From assembly GCF_001194135.2 (NCBI RefSeq), contig NC_068990.1, positions 25,825,360-25,867,155 on the forward strand: DNA of 41,796 nucleotides. The letters run 5' to 3'. Source of the stretch: Octopus bimaculoides. Its lineage: Eukaryota. Made by a program: the position numbers and the translations under genes. A model generated the notes under the pieces. The model worked only from the letters and a program-made list of their open reading frames with translations. It searched no databases and was not told where the DNA came from. Positions 21,600 to 32,768 of this stretch are shown one piece after another; the stretch's first letter is position 1, and each line of letters opens with the position of its first letter.

Positions 21600-21940
21600 C
21601 CACCCACCATACATAACTGTTCTTGGAAACGAATTTCTGTAGGCAATCACTTACCAAAGACACTGTTCGAGAAACGAACTTCTGTCAACTAGATCTGTAG
21701 CTAATCCTTCACCAAACCTGCTGTCTTGGAAACGAACTTCTGTCGACCAGAACTTCTATAGTCAAACACTTATGAAAGATTCTGTTTTGGAAACGAACAT
21801 CTGTTGATCAAAACTTCTGTAGACAACCACATAGTAAACACACTACCTTGGAAACAAACTCCTGCCGATTAAAACTTCTGTAGGCAATCATTCACCAAAT
21901 GTACTGTCTTAGAAATGAACTTCTGTCGACCAGATGTTCT
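21600..21940 (+). repeat. Degenerate ~61-bp minisatellite, about 6 units
   Basis: Anchor (g/a)gaaac at 21625, 21670, 21728, 21789, 21850, 21911; unit about ctgtcttggaaacgaacttctgtcgaccagaacttctgtag...ttaccaaa. Confidence 0.85.
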
Positions 21941-22500
21941 ATAATTTCCATTTTCTCAGGAGACTAAACTACGTATTAAATTAATATCCACTGGATAGGT
22001 TCTCACAAAGCTAATTACGAAAGGAAACAGAATTGTTTGAATCAAGCGTAGTATAACTACAGTGAATCATTTTATGGAATCCAAGGAGAGGAAATGTGTA
22101 TATTTGACCTCGACGACATTTGAAATTAGAAAATAATTTAATACAATAGAAAATATGACCTCCTGGGCGGCTTGGCAATAACAACTAATAGCGACATTAG
22201 CAACTACGATTTCATCAATAATAGCATCAGTTGCATATATAGAATTACGAGATGTAATTTATATGAATTCTGGTTCGTTACGTATTGTACTTCAATGTCA
22301 AAAGAAAAAAAAAAGCTTGTTGCTAATCCCAATTCCTGCCGTTACATCCGTTAATCAGAAATATGTCTCAATTCTCAAGGACATTTTCTTTCTATTAACT
22401 ATCATTTCATATTGTCGTCGCCAATCGGTATTTTAATTCTCTAACGATTGTTGCGGGTCTCCCAAGTAAGCTGTGTCAGGTTTCATATACACACATGCGC

Positions 22501-22532
<32 letters not shown>

Positions 22533-22534
22533 AA

Positions 22535-22716
22535 GCGTAGGCGTGTCTGTGTGTCAAGAGGCTTGCTTCCTAACCACATGGTTCCAGGTTCACTCCCCTG
22601 CGTGGTACCTTGGGCAAGTGTCTTCTACTATAGCCTTGGGCTGACCAAAGCCTTGCAAGTGAATTTGGTAGACGGAAACTGAAAGAAGCACGTCATACAC
22701 ACACACACACACACGA

Positions 22717-22753
<37 letters not shown>

Positions 22754-22920
22754 TATACGTTGTGCTTCTTTCAATTTCCGTCTACCAAATCTGATCACAA
22801 GGCTTTGGTCGGCCCCGGGTTATAATAGAAGACACTTGTGCAAGGTACCACACAGTGGGACTGAACCCAGAACCATGTGGTTGGGAAGCAAACTTTTTAC
22901 CACACAACAACGCTTGCGCC
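22535..22920. mobile_element. Two SINE-B 5' halves in inverted orientation (+ 22535-22694; - 22758-22920) around (CA)n
   Basis: Both arms run from the tRNA-like head to ggaaactgaaagaagc. Confidence 0.88.
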
Positions 22921-24126
22921 TGTTTGTTGAAAATCATTGAACGCAGCATTGTAGCATGGCCAGAGTCCAGTTACTTGGGAAGATTAAAAAAATGTTTAAT
23001 CTAATATGCTCCTCTAATTAATTGACCATGTTATCTGGGTGATATAGATATAGACGCTCCACCAGCAGTATTTATTTTTCATACTAAAGTTTATCATGGA
23101 GTATACCCAAAAATGTTTGCCGTCATTGCATTCATAAATTAAATAAATTTACAGATCTAGTCCTTCTCATTCAGAAAATGATCCCCCTTTAATTTTGCTC
23201 AGATTGCTTTCAATTTTGGTGTATCGATGCAACTCTGAATTTTGATTATGATCAACCAATTACTTTATCTCGTAAATAAAAGAATCTGATGTTATTTGGA
23301 ATTAAAGTTGGGAAATTTGGGTAATTTTAGCCAATCAACAGACCGCGTGGCATTAGCAGCATGTTACCATGACAACCGCACGCTTTGTTGTGGTTCACTT
23401 CACTGTTGTCTGTGCCGCATGTTGTTTATATATTTCACACACACACACGAATGTATAAATGTACATATAAACTTATATATGAATACATGCATCCACATGC
23501 ACTTATATATTAATGATGTACACAAATACACGACAGGTATACATAATACTGAAATACGCATAAAGTAAACGTATGTATGCAGATAAATATATTATTATAC
23601 CAAATTAAAAAAATAATAAAAATATACAATGAAGAGACAAAAGAAACAGTAAAATGATACATATTGATTTTATTAGGTATTTCTGTTTATTTAGAAACCT
23701 ACAATGAACAGGTCATATCACAGACGCTAAACTATAAATTTCACAGGGTACAACCTTAAAGTTGACACCGCTCTGCTAAACGCAGAAATTTTCTGTCTAG
23801 CTATTGACAAAAAACACAGAGATTCTCCGATTTTTAAACCTCTGTAACTTTTACTTCCAATTTCTTTCTCCACAACATCATACCTTCATAGCAATGAGAC
23901 TGGAAGACTACATTATTATAGCCGATTTTTCAGATTCATTACTTTCTTTTAAAAAATGCATATTTTGTGAATGAAAAAAAAGAAAACAGATCCGCGGTAA
24001 GTTATCAATGATTCCATGAAGTGGGTTAATGATATAAGAAATTAGCCAACACCCACTGTATCGTGGCAAACTCTGAATTTTGATTACGATCAACCAATTA
24101 CTTTATCTCGTCAGGTTTTTTACTTC

Positions 24127-24500
24127 TGTAGTGACGTCATTTGGCGCCAAAATACAGTCGCCATTACTGCGTTTTCATCCACGCATGCGCAGGGAATAGT
24201 TCCGGAAGGAACACAGGAAGAGTCCCATGCGCATGCGTGGAATTCAACATCTAAACGTTCCCGCTCAATTCATTCTCTTTCTCGGTCGCCCGGCCATGAG
24301 CATGGACGGGTCAAGCTGTCTCTCCACCATTCCAACTCTGGGGACAGCTCACATCAACATTCCAACGTCTCAGCAACCAAGATTAAAGCTGCCTATTTTC
24401 CTCCATAAATAAATATTGTTGTGTTGATAGTTCAGAGTTCTGCGTTCCGTTATTATTCCTAATTTAATATAGGAAAGCAGGTGTATAACCACTTTCCTAA
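24127..24500 (+). mobile_element. Putative solo LTR with 5-bp target-site duplication
   Basis: TGTAGT start, AATAAA, terminal hairpin taggaaag/ctttccta, ACTTC at 24122-24126 and 24501-24505; homologue at 6215-6545. Ends in TAA rather than CA. Confidence 0.65.
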
Positions 24501-24675
24501 ACTTCCTTTTAAAAAATGCATATTTTGCGAATGAAAAATACTAGATCCAAAATAAACTTAAAAATATAAGTAACAAAAAAATTTCTTGCTGTAAAAAAGA
24601 TAATTCCTTCTTAGTTTCTTAGTCGTTATAATTTTTTTTTCATTAAGAAATATTGAAAGGAATCTTATGAAAATA

Positions 24676-24884
24676 TAGGATGTCTATAAATTATCTTCAC
24701 AATTTGAAAAATTCAGAAAAATCAAAAATAAGGATAACTCAGCGATGTTAATTGGAAAACATAGGTAAACAAATAAAGTTTGATTGTAAATATCAGAACA
24801 TTTCCACATGGATTCCATTGGTTACACACAACACACCCAGACAATGTTGTGTGGAAGTTGTAAAAATCGCTTATGGACACCCTG
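24676..24884. mobile_element. Tc1/mariner-type MITE
   Basis: Right end ttatggacaccctg-TA; left end TA-taggatgtctataa, a decayed TA-cagggtgtccataa. Confidence 0.6.
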
Positions 24885-26364
24885 TACTTAACGAAATTGA
24901 TAAAGAACAATAAAAAATCACTGATGTTATATTGATATGGTCAGAATATTTTATGTGAAATATGTGTTTGGTGAATACTAGTCAATATTTGGCTGGAAAT
25001 TAGTGAGTTTTAGCCTTAAAACACTGTGCTCTTTCAAATTCATTCAGCTGAAAATTCAGCGTTCTTTAATGCTCAAAATTATAACGAGTGTTTATTGGGC
25101 CCTTGGATAACCAAATAGACCGGACTCCCGGGGGTCAATATTTAACACTTTGTCGACTCCTACTATATACGGGATGAAAAATAAAGTCTGTCATTCTTCC
25201 TTGTTCATTGGTTGCTCTTCAAAGAATATTTCTAATGTCGTCTGACACTTCCTGAGTTTCTTTCACGGATCAATCCTCAACAACAGAATACCACCATACC
25301 CAAGACATTTCTCATTGCCTTGATGGCTAGATATTTCAGCAATGTGAAACATAGTGTGAGGCTGTCACTGAATTTTTCCGTCATTTGTGTTTGTTTATCT
25401 GTTAAAAATAACTCATGAAACTTGCACCTTTATTTGAACAATGTTATAATGACAGACGTGTTTAGTTTAGAGTTTTATAAATATATCTAGAGTGCTAACC
25501 GATATATTATTTTATTAATAAACATCCTACGTCCATGAAACTCTCTGAGAGTATATAGTAAGGATTTTGTTTTCTATAGGAAAACTAGCATCTTACTACA
25601 TTTGTTTTACAACCCACACACACACACACACACACACGCAAGCGCGCGCGCGGATGTATGGAAGTCTCTCGGATTACGAGACGGTTCTGCAATCTCTTGC
25701 TGAACAAAGCTGCCGAAATGATTTGGGAAAGACTCCCCCCCACACCATTTTCTCGCAAATTATTGTTTTTTTAAAATTTTTTTTACCCAAACCCNNNNNN
25801 NNNNNNNNNNNNNNNNNNNNNNNNNNNNNNNNNNNNNNNNNNNNNNNNNNNNNNNNNNNNNNNNNNNNNNNNNNNNNNNNNNNNNNNNNNNNNNNNNNNN
25901 NNNNNNNNNNNNNNNNNNNNNNNNNNNNNNNNNNNNNNNNNNNNNNNNNNNNNNNNNNNNNNNNNNNNNNNNNNNNNNNNNNNNNNNNNNNNNNNNNNNN
26001 NNNNNNNNNNNNNNNNNNNNNNNNNNNNNNNNNNNNNNNNNNNNNNNNNNNNNNNNNNNNNNNNNNNNNNNNNNNNNNNNNNNNNNNNNNNNNNNNNNNN
26101 NNNNNNNNNNNNNNNNNNNNNNNNNNNNNNNNNNNNNNNNNNNNNNNNNNNNNNNNNNNNNNNNNNNNNNNNNNNNNNNNNNNNNNNNNNNNNNNNNNNN
26201 NNNNNNNNNNNNNNNNNNNNAAAAAAAAAAAAAAAAATAAAAAGAGTGTTTTGGTTGGGGGGTGGGGGAGGTAGAAAAGGAAGTCTTGCCATGATTTGTT
26301 TATAGTGATCAAATGTATACATTGTACAATTAGCTCATCCTCCTCGTCAAATCAACGTTGCCTG

Positions 26365-26522
26365 AACAAGTGTAAAGTGTACCACACGACAGGTGTCGAA
26401 GTGATAGCAGAGCAACATGGGACGAAGTGCATTGCTCAACGTCACAATGCACCACCCGGACAAGGAGTTGAAACCACGATGCTGAGATTGTGGTGCAACA
26501 CCCTAACCACTAGTCATGCGCC
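26365..26522 (-). mobile_element. Short tRNA/CORE-like SINE fragment
   Basis: Reverse complement ggcgcatgactagtggttagggtgttgcaccacaatctcagcatcgtggtttcaactcc...ttgagcaatgcacttc. Confidence 0.65.
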
Positions 26523-26573
26523 TTACACACACACACATACAAAAATAGGTATGTACGTACATATGTATGTATG

Positions 26574-27084
26574 TGTAGCATGTCTGTACGAGCATTAGTT
26601 TAACATATACATTTTTAATCTCAAAGTAGGCTCAAACGATACAGTAAGCTTACATCTCTATTTGGTCTGTGATTGGCCAAATAAGCAGGCTCCCTCTACT
26701 AAGTCCGATTGTCGGCCATGTTTAATTGAGTTCCTTCACTTCGTTTCTCTAGGGCTTTCGGCTTGTAGTTTGATTCTATCACGTGCGCCAGCAGTATCAA
26801 TCAAACTCAATGCCGTCATCTCTCATGTTTTTCTAGAAACTTTTCTATCAAGTCTCTTTCTATACACACCAAGTACATCTAATGTCTTCATGCATTCATG
26901 CACCGCTATCACACTATAGACATCTCTATAAAACACAACTTACTTCTTTATAGAAAGCTTATAGAAGGCATTTACATTGTACATAAATCACTGCTGTGAA
27001 TAAACTTTGCTATTGAACACGTTAAATTCTGTCCGTCTGTCTCTGTATACCAACTACCATTGAAGTAGTGACTAAATCACTATA
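26574..27084 (+). mobile_element. Possible solo LTR (second family)
   Basis: TGTAG...CTATA ends, TATG on both flanks (weak because the flank is a TATG repeat), CCAAT-like motif, AATAAA near 27000, terminal hairpin tagtga/tcacta. Confidence 0.4.
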
Positions 27085-27101
27085 TATGTATGTATATATT
27101 A

Positions 27102-27584
27102 CACTGTGTAATACGATTTTTGTTCTTGGGTAGCAATTGTTTTTTCCTATTTGCTTACCCGTAGAAAGTATAAAAAAACGGTTAATATTTCCTTCAAACT
27201 TTATTTTTGTTACATTTATTCAAGCCCCAAAGAAACCCTCTCAACACATGGCTATGATGAACTCGGCTCTCCCACTACTTCTGTTCATATTGTCAGCAAC
27301 TTGGGGACATGCCTAAGTGGTTAAGCTCAAACAACTTACAAGCAAATCTGTGGTATCGAGCAGAATATTTGCTATAACGATATTTCTGCTTCAGCAATTC
27401 AGTATTGAATCTGTCTGAAATGTGATGGAAAATAGATCAGTTTGAAAACATTGATGTCCAGGTCACAAAAATAAGGTTTGAAGGGAATAGTAGTCATTTC
27501 CTTTGATTTCTAGATTGAAGAAACCAGGAAATAACACTTACTGACCAAAGACAAATAAATAAGCAAAAATTGTGTTACACAATG
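27102..27584. mobile_element. Non-autonomous Tc1-like element
   Basis: Imperfect TIRs TA-cactgtgtaatacgatttttg and caaaaattgtgttacacaatg. Confidence 0.65.
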
Positions 27585-27603
27585 TTATATATATATAGTC
27601 ATA

Positions 27604-27665
<62 letters not shown>

Positions 27666-27679
27666 GCATGTCTGTATGT

Positions 27680-27850
27680 ATATAGTGAGAATTTACAAAG
27701 ATGAAGACGGGTGAGTAAACAACAAACAGATGTATTAGTTTAACGCTCGGGAAGTGAGAAAGTCTTTTACGTTTCGAGCCTACGCTCTTCGACAGAAAGG
27801 AACACAGAAATAAACAGGGAGAGAAAATAGAAAAAGGTTTAGTGGCTATG
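27680..27850 (-). mobile_element. Short repeat family H2, best-preserved copy
   Basis: Homologous to 10720-10857 and 14598-14680. Confidence 0.75.
27764..27799 (-). ncRNA. Minimal type-I hammerhead ribozyme motif, A6U core variant
   Basis: CUUU-CUGUCGA-A-GAGC(GUAG)GCUC-GAAA-CG-UA-AAAG: 4-bp stem I, 4-bp stem II, palindromic ACGU stem III, GUA cleavage triplet. Activity unknown. Confidence 0.6.
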
Positions 27851-28154
27851 TATGTATGTATACACATATATGTATATTAAATATACATATATAAATTTCT
27901 TTTTTTCTTTATACATAGTCTATCTGGGACCTACATCAGCCAATGTATCCTTTATTCTTTCTAAAACGTGGGGTGTGGTTTGAGGGCGTTGGCTGCTATT
28001 TTTTTTAACGGATTGCCTAACGACATATAGACTCCCTTGTTGGTCCGTTACAGGAAAAAAATTCTTAATATAGACAGATATGGGTCTTGGAGATGGTACG
28101 CAGTGAGGGGAAAGAGGCCGCAGTTCGTAGCAAGTTGTCAGATTCAAGGGCCAT

Positions 28155-28465
28155 TGTAGCTAGTGCAGTCATTAGGGGTATTCGACACACAATCGTAAGG
28201 TCATGAGTTCGATTCCGGGCGACACGTTGTGTCCTTGAGCAAGACACTTTTTTTCACATTGCTCCAGTTTACTCAGCTGGCAAAAATGAGTAGCACCTGT
28301 ATTTCAAAGGGGCCAGCCTTGTCACATTCTGTGTCATGCCGAATCTCTGAGAGCAATATCAAAAGTACTCGTGTCTGTGGTGTACTCAACCACTTGCACG
28401 TTAATTTCACAAACAAGCTGTTCTGTTGATTTAACCATCTGCAGCCCTCGTCGTAACCGACGGAA
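28155..28465 (+). mobile_element. SINE family C (tRNA head plus CORE-like domain)
   Basis: B-box gagttcgattcc followed by gttgtgtccttgagcaagacact...actcagctggcaaaaatgagtag. Confidence 0.85.
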
Positions 28466-29375
28466 TGCTAAAGTCCGATAGTAAAGCATGAGCGTATTAG
28501 GCAGTTCCCAGGAAGGGGACATTTTGGGTCTAGGAGCTTACATCTTATCAACGCATGCTGTGGTTTGCTGTCAATGCATAAATACTATAGAGCTCTGTAC
28601 TTCATTTTGCCCGGAGACCACACGGTTCTATGGATCCAGTTTTAATCCATGCATACCGTGGCTTGCTGTCTATAAATACTACAAGGCCAGTTTCTTTGAA
28701 TTGCTCGTTGGCCTACAATACAGCTAAGACGACCCTGATTGTAGTAGGAACAGAAGAGATTTAAGATGGCTAACAATATCCATAGGTGGACTGCAGAATA
28801 GTGGCTGTATAACGAGAAGTTCTCATAGTTAAGTATTGACTTCAGTCTTGGCCTAAATCTTCTATATGAAGATAAAGTGTTTAAGTGGTGCCTAAATGAT
28901 GTAAATGGCTTATAGCGGACGGTGTGTCAGGAGGTATCACTATACATATTAAATAAGTGGTTAAGTGTTTCTTGTCTCTCACTAAGAACTTACCAAGGTT
29001 AACTAATTCTTTAACCGACTTGAAGATGCGATAAGGGAGTACCTTGCTACCATATTGTAAGTAGAGAAAAGAAAGAAGGAATGAAAGAAAGAGAAGAAAA
29101 AAAAAAGGTCTTGTAAGATGTATTACATTTAAACATTTCTCAACGACTGAGATGTGGCAATGATTGGTGTAAGGGGAAATGTGAATGGTGATGACGACGA
29201 TGATAATGAAGAAAAAGGAGGAAGTGGAGGAGGAGGAGAAGAAGCCAGAGGAGGGAAAGAAGAGGAAAAAGGAGAAAGCCAGAAGAATTGAAAGATGATA
29301 GAGAGCAGGAGGTGGAGGAAGAGGAGGCAGAGAGAAAGGAGTAGAAGTGGGAAAATAATAATAATAATAATAATC

Positions 29376-29582
29376 ATCATCATCGTTTAACGTCCGCTTT
29401 CCATGCTAGCATGGGTTGGACGATTTGACTGAGGACTGGTGAAACCGGATGGCAACACCAGCCTCCAATCTGATTTGGCAGAGTTTCTACAGCTGGCAAT
29501 GCTATAGGCACAAGGCCTGAAATTTTGGGGGAGGAGGATAGTCAATTACATCGACCCCCAGTGTTTCACCGGTAGTTAATTT
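29376..29582 (-). mobile_element. RTE 3' tail (29376-29497) fused to a SINE-A tail (29498-29582)
   Basis: catcatcatcgtttaacgtccgctttccatgctagc...ctacagctgg runs directly into aggcacaaggcctgaaattttggggg. Confidence 0.8.
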
Positions 29583-29891
29583 NNNNNNNNNNNNNNNNNN
29601 NNNNNNNNNNNNNNNNNNNNNNNNNNNNNNNNNNNNNNNNNNNNNNNNNNNNNNNNNNNNNNNNNNNNNNNNNNNNNNNNNNNNNNNNNNNNNNNNNNNN
29701 NNNNNNNNNNNNNNNNNNNNNNNNNNNNNNNNNNNNNNNNNNNNNNNNNNNNNNNNNNNNNNNNNNNNNNNNNNNNNNNNNNNNNNNNNNNNNNNNNNNN
29801 NNNNNNNNNNNNNNNNNNNNNNNNNNNNNNNNNNNNNNNNNNNNNNNNNNNNNNNNNNNNNNNNNNNNNNNNNNNNNNNNNNNNNNNNNNN

Positions 29892-29929
<38 letters not shown>

Positions 29930-30092
29930 CTAGAACAACACTATGTACAAATCCAAATATATGGTACCCTAGGCGTAACACCTACATGAACTTCTAACTT
30001 GTTGTCTCTTGAGGTCTCTGGGTGAGACTTGGATCCAATTTGTACAAATGCAAAACAAAAGTCAAACATAAAATAATAATAATAATAATAAT
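29930..30092 (+). mobile_element. ~140-bp insert within (AAT)n, possibly a 5'-truncated LINE tail
   Basis: Complex sequence bounded by (AAT)n on both sides; no coding remnant to confirm the family. Confidence 0.35.
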
Positions 30093-30249
30093 AACAACAA
30101 ATTTCAGACATTTGCAGAATGTTTACTGATATGTTTAGTTTACTTTTTCACTTTCAACCATAGTTGTGGAGTCGATGTAAAGAAAAAAATTCTACATTTT
30201 GGCACAATTTATAGAAATACGGTGATTGTAAATGAAGTATTGAAGAGTG

Positions 30250-30740
30250 AGTAAGAGAGAGAGAGAGAGAGGGGGGAGAGAGACTGATAAAGACTTCGAT
30301 AAATTCTTCCAAAACATCCGTTTAAAAACGTACTCATTTTTTGACAGCAAATAGAAATTCTCTCTCTCTCTTTGTCTGTCTGTCTGTTACACATACACGT
30401 ACACACGTACACACACACACGTATCCTTCTCTTAACACATACATCCTCTCTCTCTCTCTTTTCTCTCACATACACTTACTCCAGCTTTCCCTCTCTTTCT
30501 ACCACATACTCACACATCCTCCCCCTCTCTCTCTCTCATACACATCGTCTCTCTCCCTCTCTTTCTCACACACATCGTCTCTCTTTCAGACACATGCACA
30601 TCGTCTGTCTGTCTGTCTCTCTCTCTCTCTCACGCATCCTCTGTCTCTGCTTTACCTTCTCCCTCTCTCTCTCTCTCCACACACGTACACATAGACACAA
30701 ATACACACACACAGATAGATACATATGCACACGTACACAC
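30250..30740. repeat. (GA)/(CT)/(CA) microsatellite field
   Basis: Read directly. Confidence 0.9.
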
Positions 30741-31097
30741 ATCAGTATTAGCTCAACAAATGAACCAACGATTTTCAGGTTCATCTAGATCAGTGGTTGG
30801 GGGCCCATAACATGGACACTAACGCCCCTTTGTGTGTGTATGTGCGCGCGCGCGCATTTTTAGTTATTATTCTTTCTGGTTTCGATGATTGAAATATGGC
30901 CATACTGGAGCACAACCTTAACAGGATTTTACGTTGTGAACACACAAGAAAGCGGTCAATGTCAAGACGACACTATGTAGACTGTACTGGAATGTTTGAT
31001 AGAGAGTTCGTGACTATTTTCTGAAATAAAACCGACGCAATAATTATGTTTCAAACACACACATACACACACATACAGAGGAGGAGGATCTTTAGCA

Positions 31098-31945
31098 AGA
31101 TTAAAATATTGGTTTCAGATTTTGGCTCAAGGCCAGCATTTTCGAAGAGAGGAGTAAGTCGATTACATTAACCCCCAGCGCTCAGCTGGTACTTAGTTTA
31201 ACGACCCCGAAAGGATGAAAGGCAAAGTCGACCTGGGTGGAAATTGAACTCAGAATGTCAAGCAGGGCCGGTTATATTATAATTAGACAGATCTGTTCAA
31301 TTTGGGCCCTTGAGCGGATGACCCTAAGATGAATTAAACATGTGTCAATGCTTTTATTGCTTTGAGGATCAACGTAACAATGCCTGTAACAATCACATCA
31401 GGCGAAAGAAGTATTTTAAAACCTAGAACTGATTAAACCACCTACAGTCAACAATCTGACAAGAGAGATTAAATAATTTGGCGATGCTATTTTTAGAAAA
31501 TGACATTACAAAAAACATTAACTTTGAAATGATTTTGAAAGACTTCTCAGATACCCCCCCCCCCCNNNNNNNNNNNNNNNNNNNNNNNNNNNNNNNNNNN
31601 NNNNNNNNNNNNNNNNNNNNNNNNNNNNNNNNNNNNNNNNNNNNNNNNNNNNNNNNNNAATGTCTGTTTTCTTTTAGAAGCTCTTTTCACAAACAATTAT
31701 TAGTAATAAAACATTAAAACTTTCATGAGATTTCAATATTTAGTATATCATTGTGGCTAATGGTGGAGCCTTCAACACTTTTTGGCTGGGACTGGCGTAC
31801 TACACGAAGCATAAAACATCAGTCTCCTGTTTTTGTAGAGTAGAAGGCCCCATTGACAATCTTGTTATTGGGCCCTGCACTTCCCAGTGTCGGCCCTGCA
31901 TTAAGACAGACGAAATGACATTAAGCACTTTGTCCGGTTGCACAG
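31098..31945 (-). mobile_element. SINE-A split into 31098-31262 and 31899-31945 by a nested MITE
   Basis: gaactcagaatgtcaag resumes as cattaagacagacgaaatg; the uninterrupted form ctcagaacgtaaagacagag is at 33118-33137. Confidence 0.8.
31263..31898. mobile_element. hAT-like MITE (contains a gap)
   Basis: TIRs CAGGGCCGG and TCGGCCCTG; subterminal GGGCCC motifs; degenerate 7-nt duplication tgtcaag/cattaag. Confidence 0.65.
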
Positions 31946-32179
31946 GATTAGAAAATTAAAAGTACGCTGTAATCTATGAATAGAGATATGAATAGTGATG
32001 AGCCACAGTCCAAATATAATTTTGTTATATAAGTCCTCACTTACTTTATTAATTTCCATAAATGTTTAACATCGACGGCATTCATCTAGGTAAATATGTT
32101 GAAGGAGACACGTGATGGACGGGATAATATGAGGAAATACTGATAAGAATCTACTGTACATAATTAACTTCTGTTGTAT

Positions 32180-32585
32180 ATACTCTTTTACTCTTTTATT
32201 TGTTTCAGTCATTTGACTGCGGCCATGCTGGAGCACCGCCTTTAGTCAAGTAAATCGACCCCAGGACTTATTCTTTGTAAGCCTAGTACTTATTCTATCG
32301 GTCTTTTTTGCCGAACCGCTAAGTGACGGGTACGTAAACACACCAGCATCGGTTGTCAAGTAATGCTAGGGGGACAAATACAGATACACAAACACACACA
32401 CACACACACATATATATATACATGTATACGACGGGCTTCTTTCAGTTTCCGTCTACCAAATCCACTCACAAGGCTTTGGTCGGCCCAAGGCTATAGTAGA
32501 AGACACTTGCCCAAGGTGCCACGCAGTGGGACCGAACCCGGAACCATGTGGTTGGTAAGCAAGTTACTAACCACACAGCCACTCA
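32180..32585 (-). mobile_element. SINE-B, full length and well preserved
   Basis: Head gagtggctgtgtgg (A-box), ggttcggtccc (B-box), caccttgggcaagtg (CORE-like), internal (TG)n, aaaagagt tail repeats. Confidence 0.92.
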
Positions 32586-32768
32586 GAATATGTGTCTTTG
32601 TAGAATATATACATTTTGTAGAATATGGAACGACATTTTGTAAAAACGGGTTGCAGAGATACAAGACATTCAGAATCAATGAATTACTCTCTCTCTTTGT
32701 GTGTGCGTGTATGTGTAAATGTTTATACATATATATATTCTCATAAGCAACATAATATTCACTCGACA

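Noticed and set aside
21600-21940. CRISPR-like array
   Set aside because: Whole units are homologous with no unique spacers, there are no cas genes, and the context is eukaryotic.
25160-25470. Possible DNA transposon with gtctgtcatt inverted motifs
   Set aside because: The inverted match is only about 10 bp, with no TSD or transposase remnant.
28155-28230. tRNA genes (also the heads at 32500-32585 and 26450-26522)
   Set aside because: A and B boxes are present, but I could not fold a complete cloverleaf and they continue into SINE bodies.
28480-29060. Possible LTR or PBS-bearing element
   Set aside because: No convincing TG...CA ends, TSD or second copy in the window.
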